Below, one piece after another: positions 18,509-27,850 of a stretch of DNA of 64,000 nt. The notes under the pieces were generated by a model. It worked only from the letters and a program-made list of their open reading frames with translations. It ran no database searches and was not told the origin of the DNA. The position numbers were made by a program, and so were the translations under genes. The stretch's first letter is position 1, and every line of letters starts with the position of its first letter. Source of the stretch: a bacterium (GTDB taxonomy: Bacteria; RBG-13-61-14; DATKZS01); contig CAXXFL010000003.1 of NCBI GenBank assembly GCA_963674965.2, positions 192,001 to 256,000 of the forward strand, given 5' to 3'.

Positions 18509-19426
18509 TTATAAAGAGGCGCCGTCGGGCACGATGGAAAAGGGCACGCCCGACTCTCTTACGGCCGCGATGAATTCCTCCGCCCATTTGAACCAGGTCG
18601 TTCCCGGATACTCCTTGAGCAAACGTCGGGCGATGACCACGGCCTTTCCCCTGCACAGCTCGGCCCGGGCCTCCGAGCGCCACGGCTCGGGCCGCTCGAA
18701 ATCGTCCGCCAGCTCGAGGTATCTCTCGGCCATCCTCTTCATTACCTCGGGAGCGTTCGCGGATTCGGGATACCTCTCGAGCCAGGACTCGTATCCCTCG
18801 ATCTCCAGCGCCTTGCACTCGGGATACCCGGCGCCGTCAAGGCAAAAGCCGTCCTCCACGAGCATGAGCGCCCCAAGGTCCGCCGGAGAGCCGCCCTTGC
18901 CCTCGGAAACCAGACGCTCCAAAAAATAGTGGCCCTCCTTGCGAAGACGGGCCTCGCCGACTCCTTCTTTGCGGGCCCGGCTTCGGCGGAGAAGGGCAAG
19001 GCGGTAAAGCGTCTCGCTCGCCGCGTCCTCCACGTCCCCGACCGGCCGAAGGGCCGGGTTTTGCCCGCAAGGCTTGACCGGAAGCCACTTGGTGTACCTC
19101 ATGTCGCGAAGAACGGAAAGGCATTGCCAATCCAGCCTCGAGGCCTCGATCAGATAATCGGCGGCCTCTTTATCCCTTCCCTGGTTGAAGGCCGACCGGC
19201 CGGCCAGGAAGAGATTCTCCGCCTCGGTATAAGTCTCTCCTTTTCCCGGGGCGGAATCTCCCGGAGAGTGGAAAGGCTTCCTGACCGGGCCGGCCTCGCT
19301 TACTCCTAAAAGAAGGAAACAGAAAATGAGCGAGACGACGATCGCGATAAAGGCCGCGTGGACTTTATCCTCCATGATAATAGGAAGCCGCGTTTTACGA
19401 AACCAGTTCGATTTTTCCACCATCAA
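18509..19426 (-). CDS. Hypothetical exported helical protein
   Basis: Hydrophobic N-terminal segment; TPR-like LERYPES and LKEYPGT motifs; start uncertain. Confidence 0.6.
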   Translation of the reverse strand: MMVEKSNWFRKTRLPIIMEDKVHAAFIAIVVSLIFCFLLLGVSEAGPVRKPFHSPGDSAPGKGETYTEAENLFLAGRSAFNQGRDKEAADYLIEASRLDWQCLSVLRDMRYTKWLPVKPCGQNPALRPVGDVEDAASETLYRLALLRRSRARKEGVGEARLRKEGHYFLERLVSEGKGGSPADLGALMLVEDGFCLDGAGYPECKALEIEGYESWLERYPESANAPEVMKRMAERYLELADDFERPEPWRSEARAELCRGKAVVIARRLLKEYPGTTWFKWAEEFIAAVRESGVPFSIVPDGASL

Positions 19427-19583
19427 AGATAAATAGCACGGATAAAGGCTTAATTGAAACGGTTAGGATATTCTAGTAACATCCTTTCCAGGTTCATTGG
19501 CGCGCGGGCTCGACGGCCTTACGACCGGGCCCCTCGGACGGCTTGGGCGCGGCGCGTATATAACCGGGCCAAGAGGTTTTTTT

Positions 19584-21149
19584 ATGGCGAAAAGCGAAGG
19601 CAAATCCAGGACGTTAACTTTTTTGATCATCATCATTCTTTGCGTCTGGGCGGCGGTGGTGGGCGGCTACCTGGCCAATCAGAGGCGGGAAACCTCCGCT
19701 TCCCCCGCGGTCAAGCCCAAGTCCCCCCAAAAGCCGGGCATCGGCCAACGGGACGTCAAGTGGGACAAGGAGAGGTGGACGGGCATATATCAGGGCAACC
19801 AGAAGATAGGCTACGCCGTCTCGAGGGTCGCGGCCTTCGGTACCGGCTACAGGCTTTGGAACGTAAGCAGGATAAGGCTCGAGCTCCTTAACCAGACGCA
19901 GGATATCTCTTTGGACGTCCAGGCCAAGGTGGACGATCGATACTCGATCGACGAGGTAGAGTTCGAGGCCAAGTCCGGCTACATGGAGTTTCGCGCCCGC
20001 GGCGTAAGAGTCGGCAAGGACCTGGACCTGACCATTAACACGGGGGGAAAAGAGATCAACCATCGTCTCCACTTCGACGAGCCGCCCAAAATGGGTGAGG
20101 ACTGGATCATGCGCGAGAGCCTGGCGGACGCCGCGCCGGGGGACTCGATCCAGTTCAGCTTCTTCGAGCCCATGAGCCAGAAGAGCCTTCCCATGCGGGT
20201 GAAGGCGGTCGCGGAGGAGGAAGTCGAGATCGAGTCGAAAAAATACGACTGCCTCAAGCTGGAGATCACCATGGCGGGCCAGTCGCAGTGGGCCTGGATT
20301 TCCCGGGACGGCGAACTGGTTAAGGAATACCATCCCGGCACGGGCTTCACCACCTTGATGGAGGACAGGGACAAGGCGCTCGACGTGGACTGGGAGGCGG
20401 CCGGGCACGTGGACATTATCAGCCGGCTCATGGTCCCCTCCAGCTCGGTGATAAACAAGCCCCGCTCGGTCGGCCTGTTAAAGGTCGAGCTCCAGGAGGC
20501 CCCCCTCGAGGGACTCGAGCTATCGTTCCCGCCGAGACAGACCGTCGCGGGAAGAAAAGTCACCGTGACCATGGAGAGGGCCATACCCGCCATTGGATAC
20601 GCCCTGCCCATTGCCGAGTCCCTGCCCGACAAGGCGGAAAAGATGAAGAAGTGGCTCGAGCCCACGCCCTTTATTCAAAGCGGCGACGAGAAAATCATCG
20701 AGGCCGCCAGGGCCGCCGCGGGCCAAAGCCAGGACGCGGTGACGGCCGTGGACCAGATCATCCTCTGGATGGACCGGGAGATAGAGCCTTCCCTGGTGAC
20801 CAGCATCCCCTCGGCCCTCGAGGTCCTGGAACGGAAAAAGGGCGCCTGTAAGGAGCACTCAATATTATTCGTGGCCATGGCCCGCTCCCTCGGGATTCCC
20901 GCCAGGATGGCCGCCGGGATCGTTTACTCGGACGAGCAGATAATCGACGGGTTCTACTATCACGCCTGGGCCGAGGTATACCTGGCCGACGCCGACGGGC
21001 ACGGACAATGGGTGGCGGTGGACCCGACCTTCCACCAGAACCCGGCCGACGCCACGCACCTTCGGCTCATACTGGGGGACATGGAGGACATGATTTCCCT
21101 TATGAACGTGGTGGGCGTGCTCAAGGTGAAAGTGGAGGACTACAAATGA
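19584..21149 (+). CDS. Membrane-anchored transglutaminase-like protein
   Basis: Catalytic triad motifs GACKEHS, HAWAEV and VDPT. Confidence 0.88.
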   Translation: MAKSEGKSRTLTFLIIIILCVWAAVVGGYLANQRRETSASPAVKPKSPQKPGIGQRDVKWDKERWTGIYQGNQKIGYAVSRVAAFGTGYRLWNVSRIRLELLNQTQDISLDVQAKVDDRYSIDEVEFEAKSGYMEFRARGVRVGKDLDLTINTGGKEINHRLHFDEPPKMGEDWIMRESLADAAPGDSIQFSFFEPMSQKSLPMRVKAVAEEEVEIESKKYDCLKLEITMAGQSQWAWISRDGELVKEYHPGTGFTTLMEDRDKALDVDWEAAGHVDIISRLMVPSSSVINKPRSVGLLKVELQEAPLEGLELSFPPRQTVAGRKVTVTMERAIPAIGYALPIAESLPDKAEKMKKWLEPTPFIQSGDEKIIEAARAAAGQSQDAVTAVDQIILWMDREIEPSLVTSIPSALEVLERKKGACKEHSILFVAMARSLGIPARMAAGIVYSDEQIIDGFYYHAWAEVYLADADGHGQWVAVDPTFHQNPADATHLRLILGDMEDMISLMNVVGVLKVKVEDYK

Positions 21150-21907
21150 TCCGGGCCGAGCGTCTTACCAAGGAATACTCCGGGTTCCGGGCCGTTGACC
21201 AGGTGAACCTTCACGTGGCCGGCGGCGAGATATTCGGTTTCCTCGGACCCAACGGAGCGGGAAAAACCACCACCATCAAGATGCTCATCGGCCTTCTGAA
21301 ACCCACGGAGGGCAAGGTCTTCATTGGCGGCCACGACCTCGAGACCGACCCGGTGGCCGCCAAGGGCATGGTCGGGTTCATTCCCGACCGTCCTTACCTG
21401 TACGAGAAGCTCACGGGCGAGGAGTTCCTCCGCTTTATGGCCGGGCTCTACGGCGTCGAGGGCGCCGAGGTGGGAAAAAGGATCGACGAGCTTCTGAGGT
21501 TTTTCGACCTCTCCGACTGGAAGAACGAGCTTATCGAGAGTTATTCCCACGGCATGAAGCAAAGGATCGTCATGGCCGGCGCCCTCATCCACAAGCCCAG
21601 GGTGATAATCGTGGACGAGCCCATGGTGGGGCTCGATCCCAAGGGGGCCCGGCTCCTTAAAGAGGCCTTCCGCCTCCTGGCCGACGAGGGGTGCGCCATC
21701 TTCATGAGCACCCATACCCTCGAGATAGCCGAGCAGATGTGCGACCGGCTGGCCATCATCAACGAGGGCAAGATCATCGCCGAGGGGACCATGGAGGAAC
21801 TCAGGAAAGCGGCCTCACGCTCGGAAGTGGACCACCTCGAGGACGTCTTCCTCTCCCTGGTGGGAAGCGAGGACATGAAGGACCTCATCGAAAGCCTTAA
21901 GCTTTAA
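21146..21907 (+). CDS. ABC transporter ATP-binding protein
   Basis: GPNGAGKTT, YSHGMKQR and IVDEP; ATGA overlap with the upstream gene. Confidence 0.95.
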   Translation: MIRAERLTKEYSGFRAVDQVNLHVAGGEIFGFLGPNGAGKTTTIKMLIGLLKPTEGKVFIGGHDLETDPVAAKGMVGFIPDRPYLYEKLTGEEFLRFMAGLYGVEGAEVGKRIDELLRFFDLSDWKNELIESYSHGMKQRIVMAGALIHKPRVIIVDEPMVGLDPKGARLLKEAFRLLADEGCAIFMSTHTLEIAEQMCDRLAIINEGKIIAEGTMEELRKAASRSEVDHLEDVFLSLVGSEDMKDLIESLKL

Positions 21908-21926
21908 ACCCGCCGAAAAAATTGAC

Positions 21927-22358
21927 ATGAAAAACGACCCCCGCCAGGAAGAGCCTCGCGAAAAAGAAACGGATATCTTAATGCCCAACGAGGACGGCTG
22001 CCTCATGTGCGGCTCCTGTTGCGGCCCGTATTTCTCGCTCTACGTGGGGGAAACCGACGAGGAGGCCTGGGCCGCGAGCGGCAGGCAAGACCTCCTCGAT
22101 ATCCTGGAGTGGGAAAGGGACCGCGTCGCCTGGGACGAGCGCGGTCCTTATGACTCGGAAACGGGTGAGCGTCTCGAGAAGTGTCGCTTCCTCGAGAAGC
22201 TTCCCGACGGACGGGCCCTTTGCGGCATCCATGAGGCCAAGCCCAAAATATGCCGCGATTATCCGCCCGGCTCCTCCGAGTTGTGCGCGTTGTTCGGGAA
22301 GCCGCCTCGCGGAGGAGGAGACTCGAGCGGCTCGGGAGGGGCCTCCGGCGGGGGCTGA
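21927..22358 (+). CDS. YkgJ family cysteine-cluster protein
   Basis: CLMCGSCC...CRFL...CGIHEAKPKICRDYP. Confidence 0.85.
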   Translation: MKNDPRQEEPREKETDILMPNEDGCLMCGSCCGPYFSLYVGETDEEAWAASGRQDLLDILEWERDRVAWDERGPYDSETGERLEKCRFLEKLPDGRALCGIHEAKPKICRDYPPGSSELCALFGKPPRGGGDSSGSGGASGGG

Positions 22359-22882
22359 CCCGGACCGGGAAGGCCGCCGCCTCGCCAATCGCCGCCCGGA
22401 CCGTCCGGCCCATGGCCGCCGGGAAAGCCGCGGGGAGGGCCCATCGGACCCAGGACGTTCCTGAACTTGCGCAGGCGCTCGCAGCGCTCTCTCCAAAGTA
22501 TTTGTTGCTCCTCGCCGAGGATGGAGGCGACCTCATCCTCGAGCCCCTTAAGCTCCCCGTCCATCTCCTTTCGCTTCTCTTCCCTGATTTCGTTTATCTT
22601 GTCGAACTTGGCCTCGAGGATTTCCTCCACCTTCTCCGTCTGGTCCTTGGAAAGATCGAGGTCATCCGCGATGTGGCGGGCAAGGTCCCTCGGGTCCTTG
22701 AACGGTTTGTGCATGGCGTCGTGTATCATCTTTTGCCCCACGAATAAGGTTATGCCGGCCCCTATGGCGATCCCGCAGATAAGGATCGCGAGACCCATGA
22801 AGGCGGACCGCCACTTCCGGGCCAGGGCGCGGTAGTCGGCGTCGCCGGTTTTTTTGTCGCTTATGTTTTTTTCCGAGCTCAT
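22259..22882 (-). CDS. Membrane-anchored periplasmic Spy/CpxP-like protein
   Basis: One TM helix; LDLSKDQ (LTxxQ-like) motif; coupled to the anti-sigma gene by an ATGA overlap. Confidence 0.7.
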   Translation of the reverse strand: MSSEKNISDKKTGDADYRALARKWRSAFMGLAILICGIAIGAGITLFVGQKMIHDAMHKPFKDPRDLARHIADDLDLSKDQTEKVEEILEAKFDKINEIREEKRKEMDGELKGLEDEVASILGEEQQILWRERCERLRKFRNVLGPMGPPRGFPGGHGPDGPGGDWRGGGLPGPGQPPPEAPPEPLESPPPRGGFPNNAHNSEEPGG

Positions 22883-23145
22883 AACGATCCCCAAAACGAG
22901 AAGTCCACGAAGGCGGTTAAAAGAGGGTCGGAAAAAGCCCGGAAAACCGACGCTATAACGTAAAGCGCCGGCGCCGAGGCCGCCGCCCCCATGGCCGCGA
23001 CCCAGGCGAGCTGAACGTCGGCCCGGATAGGTCCCCGCTCGATTTTCCCGATCCTTCTCATCACCCCGTCGGCCACGTCCACCCGGGGTGGCGGGAGGCC
23101 GTCGGCCCGGCGGGAAAGCTTCTCGATGTATTTTATCTCTTTCAT
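22879..23145 (-). CDS. Putative anti-sigma factor
   Basis: Small single-TM ORF directly after the ECF sigma; contains DVADGVMRRI. Confidence 0.65.
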   Translation of the reverse strand: MKEIKYIEKLSRRADGLPPPRVDVADGVMRRIGKIERGPIRADVQLAWVAAMGAAASAPALYVIASVFRAFSDPLLTAFVDFSFWGSL

Positions 23146-23150
23146 GGCCG

Positions 23151-23822
23151 CTATTCTCCCAGCCTCTCGTTTAAAAGTTTTCTGAGTTTGTTCTTGGCCC
23201 TCCAGCACTGGACCTTGACCATGGCGGGGGACCAGCCCGACATGTCGGCCGCCTCCTCGACGCTCAGCCCCTCCACGTAACGAAGGGTCACGATTAAGCG
23301 GTCGCGAGGGGGAAGCTGATCCAGCACGGCCTCGAGTATCTCGAGGGCCTCGTCGGGACTCATCTCCTCGACCGGGGCCGACAGGCGGTCGTGCATGTCC
23401 TCGATGGACACCGAGCGCCTCGAGCGCTCCCTTGCCAGCCGCTTCCAGTAGGCGTAGCCCACCCTGGTGGCGATACGGGAAAGCCAGTGCTCGAGAGGGG
23501 CCTTGCCCTTGTAAGTGGAAAGGCTGGTATAAGCCTCGACAAAGGCGTCCTGCACCAGTTCCTCGCGCGCGCCGGCGTCGGACGTGAACCGTCTCATGAT
23601 GGCGGCAATCCTGGACTGGTACCTCTCCACGACGATCCGGTAAGACTCGCCGTCTCCATCCAGGCACCGGCGAGCCAGGTCCAGGTCGGCCTCCAGGGCC
23701 GCGGAATCCAGCGCGGAATCCTCGACCGCCAACTCGTAGGCCATGGGAACGGCCGGGGACCCGGCGAGAAATCCCGCCGGGCCCAAGGCCTGGAAGAAAG
23801 GGTGAAGGGTGGGTAAGCTCAA
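23151..23822 (-). CDS. ECF RNA polymerase sigma factor
   Basis: ELVQDAFVEAY, WLSRIA and LPPRDRLIVTLRYVEGLS; the start may be ATG 23744. Confidence 0.9.
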   Translation of the reverse strand: MSLPTLHPFFQALGPAGFLAGSPAVPMAYELAVEDSALDSAALEADLDLARRCLDGDGESYRIVVERYQSRIAAIMRRFTSDAGAREELVQDAFVEAYTSLSTYKGKAPLEHWLSRIATRVGYAYWKRLARERSRRSVSIEDMHDRLSAPVEEMSPDEALEILEAVLDQLPPRDRLIVTLRYVEGLSVEEAADMSGWSPAMVKVQCWRAKNKLRKLLNERLGE

Positions 23823-23840
23823 CTTAAAACCTCTCCGTTT

Positions 23841-24590
23841 TTATTTGTCCGACCAGGGCCTCTTATGCTCGGGCCGAGACTTGTCCATGGCCTTTAAGGA
23901 CTCGATCTGTTCGTCCGTCAGGTTCAGATCGTGGACCAGGTCGCGCAGTTCCATCATTTTGTCCGGTCCGCCGCCCATTTCAGGACCGGGACCCCCGCGG
24001 CGATGGCCCTCATGGTTTTCCTTGAACCGCTTCATGATCTCGCTTTGCTCCGGGGTGAGGACCTTGCGGCACTCGGCTTGAATTTGCGTCTTAATCACCG
24101 CCGCCTCGCCGATGGACGCGCCCAAACCGGCGGCCGCCTCCCGGATGGAGGCCTCGTCCGGGACCTCGGCCTCGCTCTCCTCTCTAATGATATCATGCCA
24201 GGACTTCATTTCATCCATTACCGGCTCGAGCCTGGCCCTGGCGTTTTCTTGAATGGCGTCCAGTTGAGCCACCTGTTCGTCCGTGAGGTTAAGGTCCCGC
24301 TCGAGTTCGGCCAGTTCGGCGAGCATACCGATCATGCCCTTGTCGCCATGGCGGGGGTGCGGCCCTTCGCCGTCTGGACCCTCGCGGCGTTCATCCCTGA
24401 AGGCGCGAAGGGTCGCCATCTGCTCGTCCGTAAGTATCTTCTCCAATTCCGCGTGTTTAGCCTTCATATGACCCATCATGGGAAAGGCGCCGTCCTGGCC
24501 GTCTTCGCCCTGGCCCATGGCCGCGTATCCAAAGCCCATGAAAGCCAAGGTGATAAATATTACCATTCCAATTATCACTCTTTTATTCAT
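23841..24590 (-). CDS. Spy/CpxP family periplasmic chaperone
   Basis: Signal peptide and repeated LTDEQ/LTPEQ motifs. Confidence 0.88.
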   Translation of the reverse strand: MNKRVIIGMVIFITLAFMGFGYAAMGQGEDGQDGAFPMMGHMKAKHAELEKILTDEQMATLRAFRDERREGPDGEGPHPRHGDKGMIGMLAELAELERDLNLTDEQVAQLDAIQENARARLEPVMDEMKSWHDIIREESEAEVPDEASIREAAAGLGASIGEAAVIKTQIQAECRKVLTPEQSEIMKRFKENHEGHRRGGPGPEMGGGPDKMMELRDLVHDLNLTDEQIESLKAMDKSRPEHKRPWSDK

Positions 24591-24642
24591 ACGAATTACC
24601 TCCTGGTTTATTGTTCGGGTGAATCATTCTCCCTATGCCCCA

Positions 24643-24671
24643 TTAGTAAGGATCGGAACATGAAAGTTACA
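24643..24671 (-). promoter_or_regulatory. Possible ECF-type autoregulatory promoter
   Basis: Minus strand TGTAAC-N17-TACTAA upstream of the spy-ECF operon. Confidence 0.4.
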
Positions 24672-24760
24672 CCAAAGGGCCGGATTTTTTTTAAAAGTAT
24701 CGCCCGGACGGGTAAAATTGAAATATCTATTTAATATCAGGTCTTTAGGCAAATATAAAA

Positions 24761-27700
24761 TTACGTGACCGGCCTTTGCCCGCAAAAAGAACCCGGCTTT
24801 TGCCGACCCGGCCGGCGCGTCGCGACCTCGCGAGAGGACAAGTCGGAAGACGCAGGCAGAGGCTTTATCGAGTCGACCCTTAGCGCCACCGCGCCGTGGT
24901 CCTCCATGACCTCGCCGATAAGAAGGAAAGCCCGGTCACGCCTCAACAGGTGGCAGTAACGCTCGTAAGCGGCCGGAAAAAAAACGCTCTCGTAAATATC
25001 GGACTCGTCCTCGAAGCTCACGAACTCCATGGCGTCCCCCTCCCGGGTGATGGCCAGCTTGGAGGTCAGCGCCCATCCGATCATCATGGTCCTTTTGCCC
25101 ACCTTGCCGCGCATGAGCCTGGCCGGCGTGAGGGGAAGGCCGGCCGCGCTTTCCTTATAAAAGACCAGGGGATGGCGCGAGGCGAGAAGTCCCAGGGCCT
25201 CCCGCTCCTGGGCCAGCAAGGTCCGCTCGGGAAGCACGCCGGCGTTTCGCGGGGGCCTAAGCTCCGGCCTGAAAAGCCCCATCTGGGCGCCTCGGCGCGA
25301 GCGGGACCAGGCGTTCAGTACCCACATGGTCTCGGCGCGCTTTTCCCGTCCCGCGAGGGCGTCGAAACACCCGGCCTTGACCATGAGCCGCGCTCCCTCC
25401 GGGTCCGGGTCCAGGCGGTGGAGGAAATCCTGGAAGCTCTCGTAATCTCCCGCTCTTTCCCGCTCCTCCACCACGCGCTCCATCAGCTTTCGCGAAAGCC
25501 CCTTGATCTGCATCAGACCGATCCTGATGGCCCTTCCCTCCGGGACGTAGGCCTCCTTGCTTTTGTTGACGTCGGGAAGCAGCACCTTGAGACCCATGCG
25601 GCGGGCCTCGGATAAGTAGGCGAAGGCCGAGTAGTAGCCCCCCTGGTTCGAGATCACCGCCGCCATGAACTCGGCGGGGTGGTAAGTCTTAAGCCAGGCG
25701 CTTTTAAAGGACACCAGGGCGTAGCTGGCCGAATGGGGCTTGCAGAAGCTGTAGCCGGAAAAGCTCATGATCATGTCCCATATCCGCCCGACCATGTCCG
25801 GGGTAAGGCCCCGAGCGGCCGCGCCCGAGGAGAATTTCTCCCTTAGCTCCATCAGCCGCTTTCGCTTGTGCTTCTTGGAGATGACCTTGCGAAGCTCCGA
25901 GCCCTCCTCAACCGTGAACCCACCAAGCTCGACCGCCACCTTCATCACGTCCTCCTGGTAGACCATGATCCCGTAGGTCTCGGAAAGAAGCTCCGAAAGA
26001 CGGGGATGGATCGGGTCCCAGGCCGCCCCGTGAAGACGCTCGACGTAGGCGTTGATAAAGCGGTGCGCCGCCGGACGGATGATCGAGCTGTGTATCACCA
26101 CGTGCTCGAAGTCCCCCCTTTTCGCCTTCTCCTGGAGTTGGCGCGTGGCGGGCGACTCGATGTAGAAAACCCCCATGGTTCGGCCCGAGGCGATCCGGGC
26201 CATGGTCGCCCGGTCGTTAAGAGGATCGAGAGCGGAGTAGACCGTCTCATCCGGCCCCCCGCTCTTTCCCTCCTTGCGGTTGACCTGGGCCAGCCCGTCC
26301 CGGATGACCGCCAGGGACCGGTTGCCTAGAAGGTCCATTTTGATAAGGCCCGCGTCCTCGGTCTGGTCCTTTTCCCATTGGATCAGCCTCACGCCCTTGC
26401 TCGCCCGCTGGAGGGGAACGCGGTCCTTTAAATTCTCCGCTATCACCACGCCGCCGCAGTGGGTGGAAAGGCCGAAGGGAACGCCCGTCAGCCTGAGCGC
26501 CGTCTCCACGATCCCGTCCCAGGGAGGGTCGAAGTGAAGCCCTCGAAAACGGGCGTCGCGCCTCAGTTCCTCCACCGGGGCCAGGGCGTTGAAGTAGCCG
26601 CGCATCCGCTTGGTGACGACCGAGGTCTCGGGCTCGGGAACGCCCAGGGCCCGGGCCACCTCCCGGACCGCGGCCTTGCTCTTGAAGGTCAGGTGGTTGC
26701 AGACCATGGCCGAGCGCTCGGGACCGTACTTGTCGAAAACGTAATCAAGGACCCCGTCCCGCTCGTCCCATGGAAAATCCACGTCAATGTCGGGCGGGTC
26801 CTTCCTGCCCATCGAGAGGAAGCGCTCGAACATGAGGTCGTGCCTGACGGGATCGACGTGGGTGATGAAAAGACAATAGGCCACCGCGCTCGCCGCCGCG
26901 CTGCCCCGGCCGCAGGTGATCGGGAAACGGCGCGTCACGTCCTCGATAATAAGGAAGTACGACGAGAAGCCGCGGTCGCGGATGAGGCGAAGCTCCTTTC
27001 CAAGACGCTCGCGGACCCGCGGGGTAAGGCGCCCGTAGCGCCTGGCCGCGCCCGCCTTAACCTTGCGGCAAAGGGCCGAAAAGGCGTCCTCCCCGCTCAC
27101 GCGCTCGAAGTCGAATAAGACCACATCCCCCCAGGGTGGAGCGTCCATGACCGAGCGCTCGGAAATCTCGTCAAGGTTCCAAAGGGCCTCGGGCAGGGCG
27201 GCGTACCAGCTTCTAAACTCGGTGGGCGAGGGCATCCAGGCCGGGTCGGGCGCGAGCTGGCTTGGCTCGACCCTCGAGACCGAGGTCTTGAGTTCCATGG
27301 CCCGGAGCAGGACGTGGAGGTCCCTGTCCTCCCGGGTCCGGTAGTAGACGGGGTTGGCCGCCAGTGGTTTCAGCCCGAGCCGGCGGGCGATCCGGCCGGC
27401 GCGGTGGACCGAGCGGGGGTGGACCAGGAGGTAAGGGTCCATGCCGCCCTCCTTGAGATGGAGCGCCATGTCCGGCCGGTCGGTAAGCGCGCAAAGGCCC
27501 TCGCGGTTGGCGAGTATGGCCTCCCGAGCCGCGAAGCCGGCGTCCAGGTGGCGCGAGGTAAGGAGCCGGCAAAGGCTCGCCCAGCCCGCGTGGCCCCGGG
27601 CCAGGACCACGGCCCGGTCGCCTCCGGTTTCATCGGCCCCCTCGTCGCGGACCTCGGCCCCCAGGATGGGCCCGATCCCGGCGTCCTTGCAGAACTGGTG

Positions 27701-27844
27701 GAACCACACGGCCCCGTAAACCCCGTTAAGGTCGGTAAGGGCCAGCGCGGTCCACCCGAGTTGGGCCGCGGCAAAGACCATCTCCTCGAGCCTCATGGCC
27801 CCGCGATGGAAAGAGTAGCCCGTATGGGTCCAGATCAAAGCCAT
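24761..27844 (-). CDS. dnaE2: Error-prone DNA polymerase III alpha subunit (DnaE2/ImuC)
   Basis: PHP domain, GRGSAA, PPDIDVDF and FSGYSFCKPHS; downstream of imuB and lexA. Confidence 0.92.
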   Translation of the reverse strand: MALIWTHTGYSFHRGAMRLEEMVFAAAQLGWTALALTDLNGVYGAVWFHQFCKDAGIGPILGAEVRDEGADETGGDRAVVLARGHAGWASLCRLLTSRHLDAGFAAREAILANREGLCALTDRPDMALHLKEGGMDPYLLVHPRSVHRAGRIARRLGLKPLAANPVYYRTREDRDLHVLLRAMELKTSVSRVEPSQLAPDPAWMPSPTEFRSWYAALPEALWNLDEISERSVMDAPPWGDVVLFDFERVSGEDAFSALCRKVKAGAARRYGRLTPRVRERLGKELRLIRDRGFSSYFLIIEDVTRRFPITCGRGSAAASAVAYCLFITHVDPVRHDLMFERFLSMGRKDPPDIDVDFPWDERDGVLDYVFDKYGPERSAMVCNHLTFKSKAAVREVARALGVPEPETSVVTKRMRGYFNALAPVEELRRDARFRGLHFDPPWDGIVETALRLTGVPFGLSTHCGGVVIAENLKDRVPLQRASKGVRLIQWEKDQTEDAGLIKMDLLGNRSLAVIRDGLAQVNRKEGKSGGPDETVYSALDPLNDRATMARIASGRTMGVFYIESPATRQLQEKAKRGDFEHVVIHSSIIRPAAHRFINAYVERLHGAAWDPIHPRLSELLSETYGIMVYQEDVMKVAVELGGFTVEEGSELRKVISKKHKRKRLMELREKFSSGAAARGLTPDMVGRIWDMIMSFSGYSFCKPHSASYALVSFKSAWLKTYHPAEFMAAVISNQGGYYSAFAYLSEARRMGLKVLLPDVNKSKEAYVPEGRAIRIGLMQIKGLSRKLMERVVEERERAGDYESFQDFLHRLDPDPEGARLMVKAGCFDALAGREKRAETMWVLNAWSRSRRGAQMGLFRPELRPPRNAGVLPERTLLAQEREALGLLASRHPLVFYKESAAGLPLTPARLMRGKVGKRTMMIGWALTSKLAITREGDAMEFVSFEDESDIYESVFFPAAYERYCHLLRRDRAFLLIGEVMEDHGAVALRVDSIKPLPASSDLSSREVATRRPGRQKPGSFCGQRPVT

Positions 27845-27850
27845 GACGCT

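Noticed and set aside
22259-22358. 100-bp overlap of convergent genes
   Set aside because: Both overlapping tails are low-complexity; stop-codon drift is the simplest explanation.
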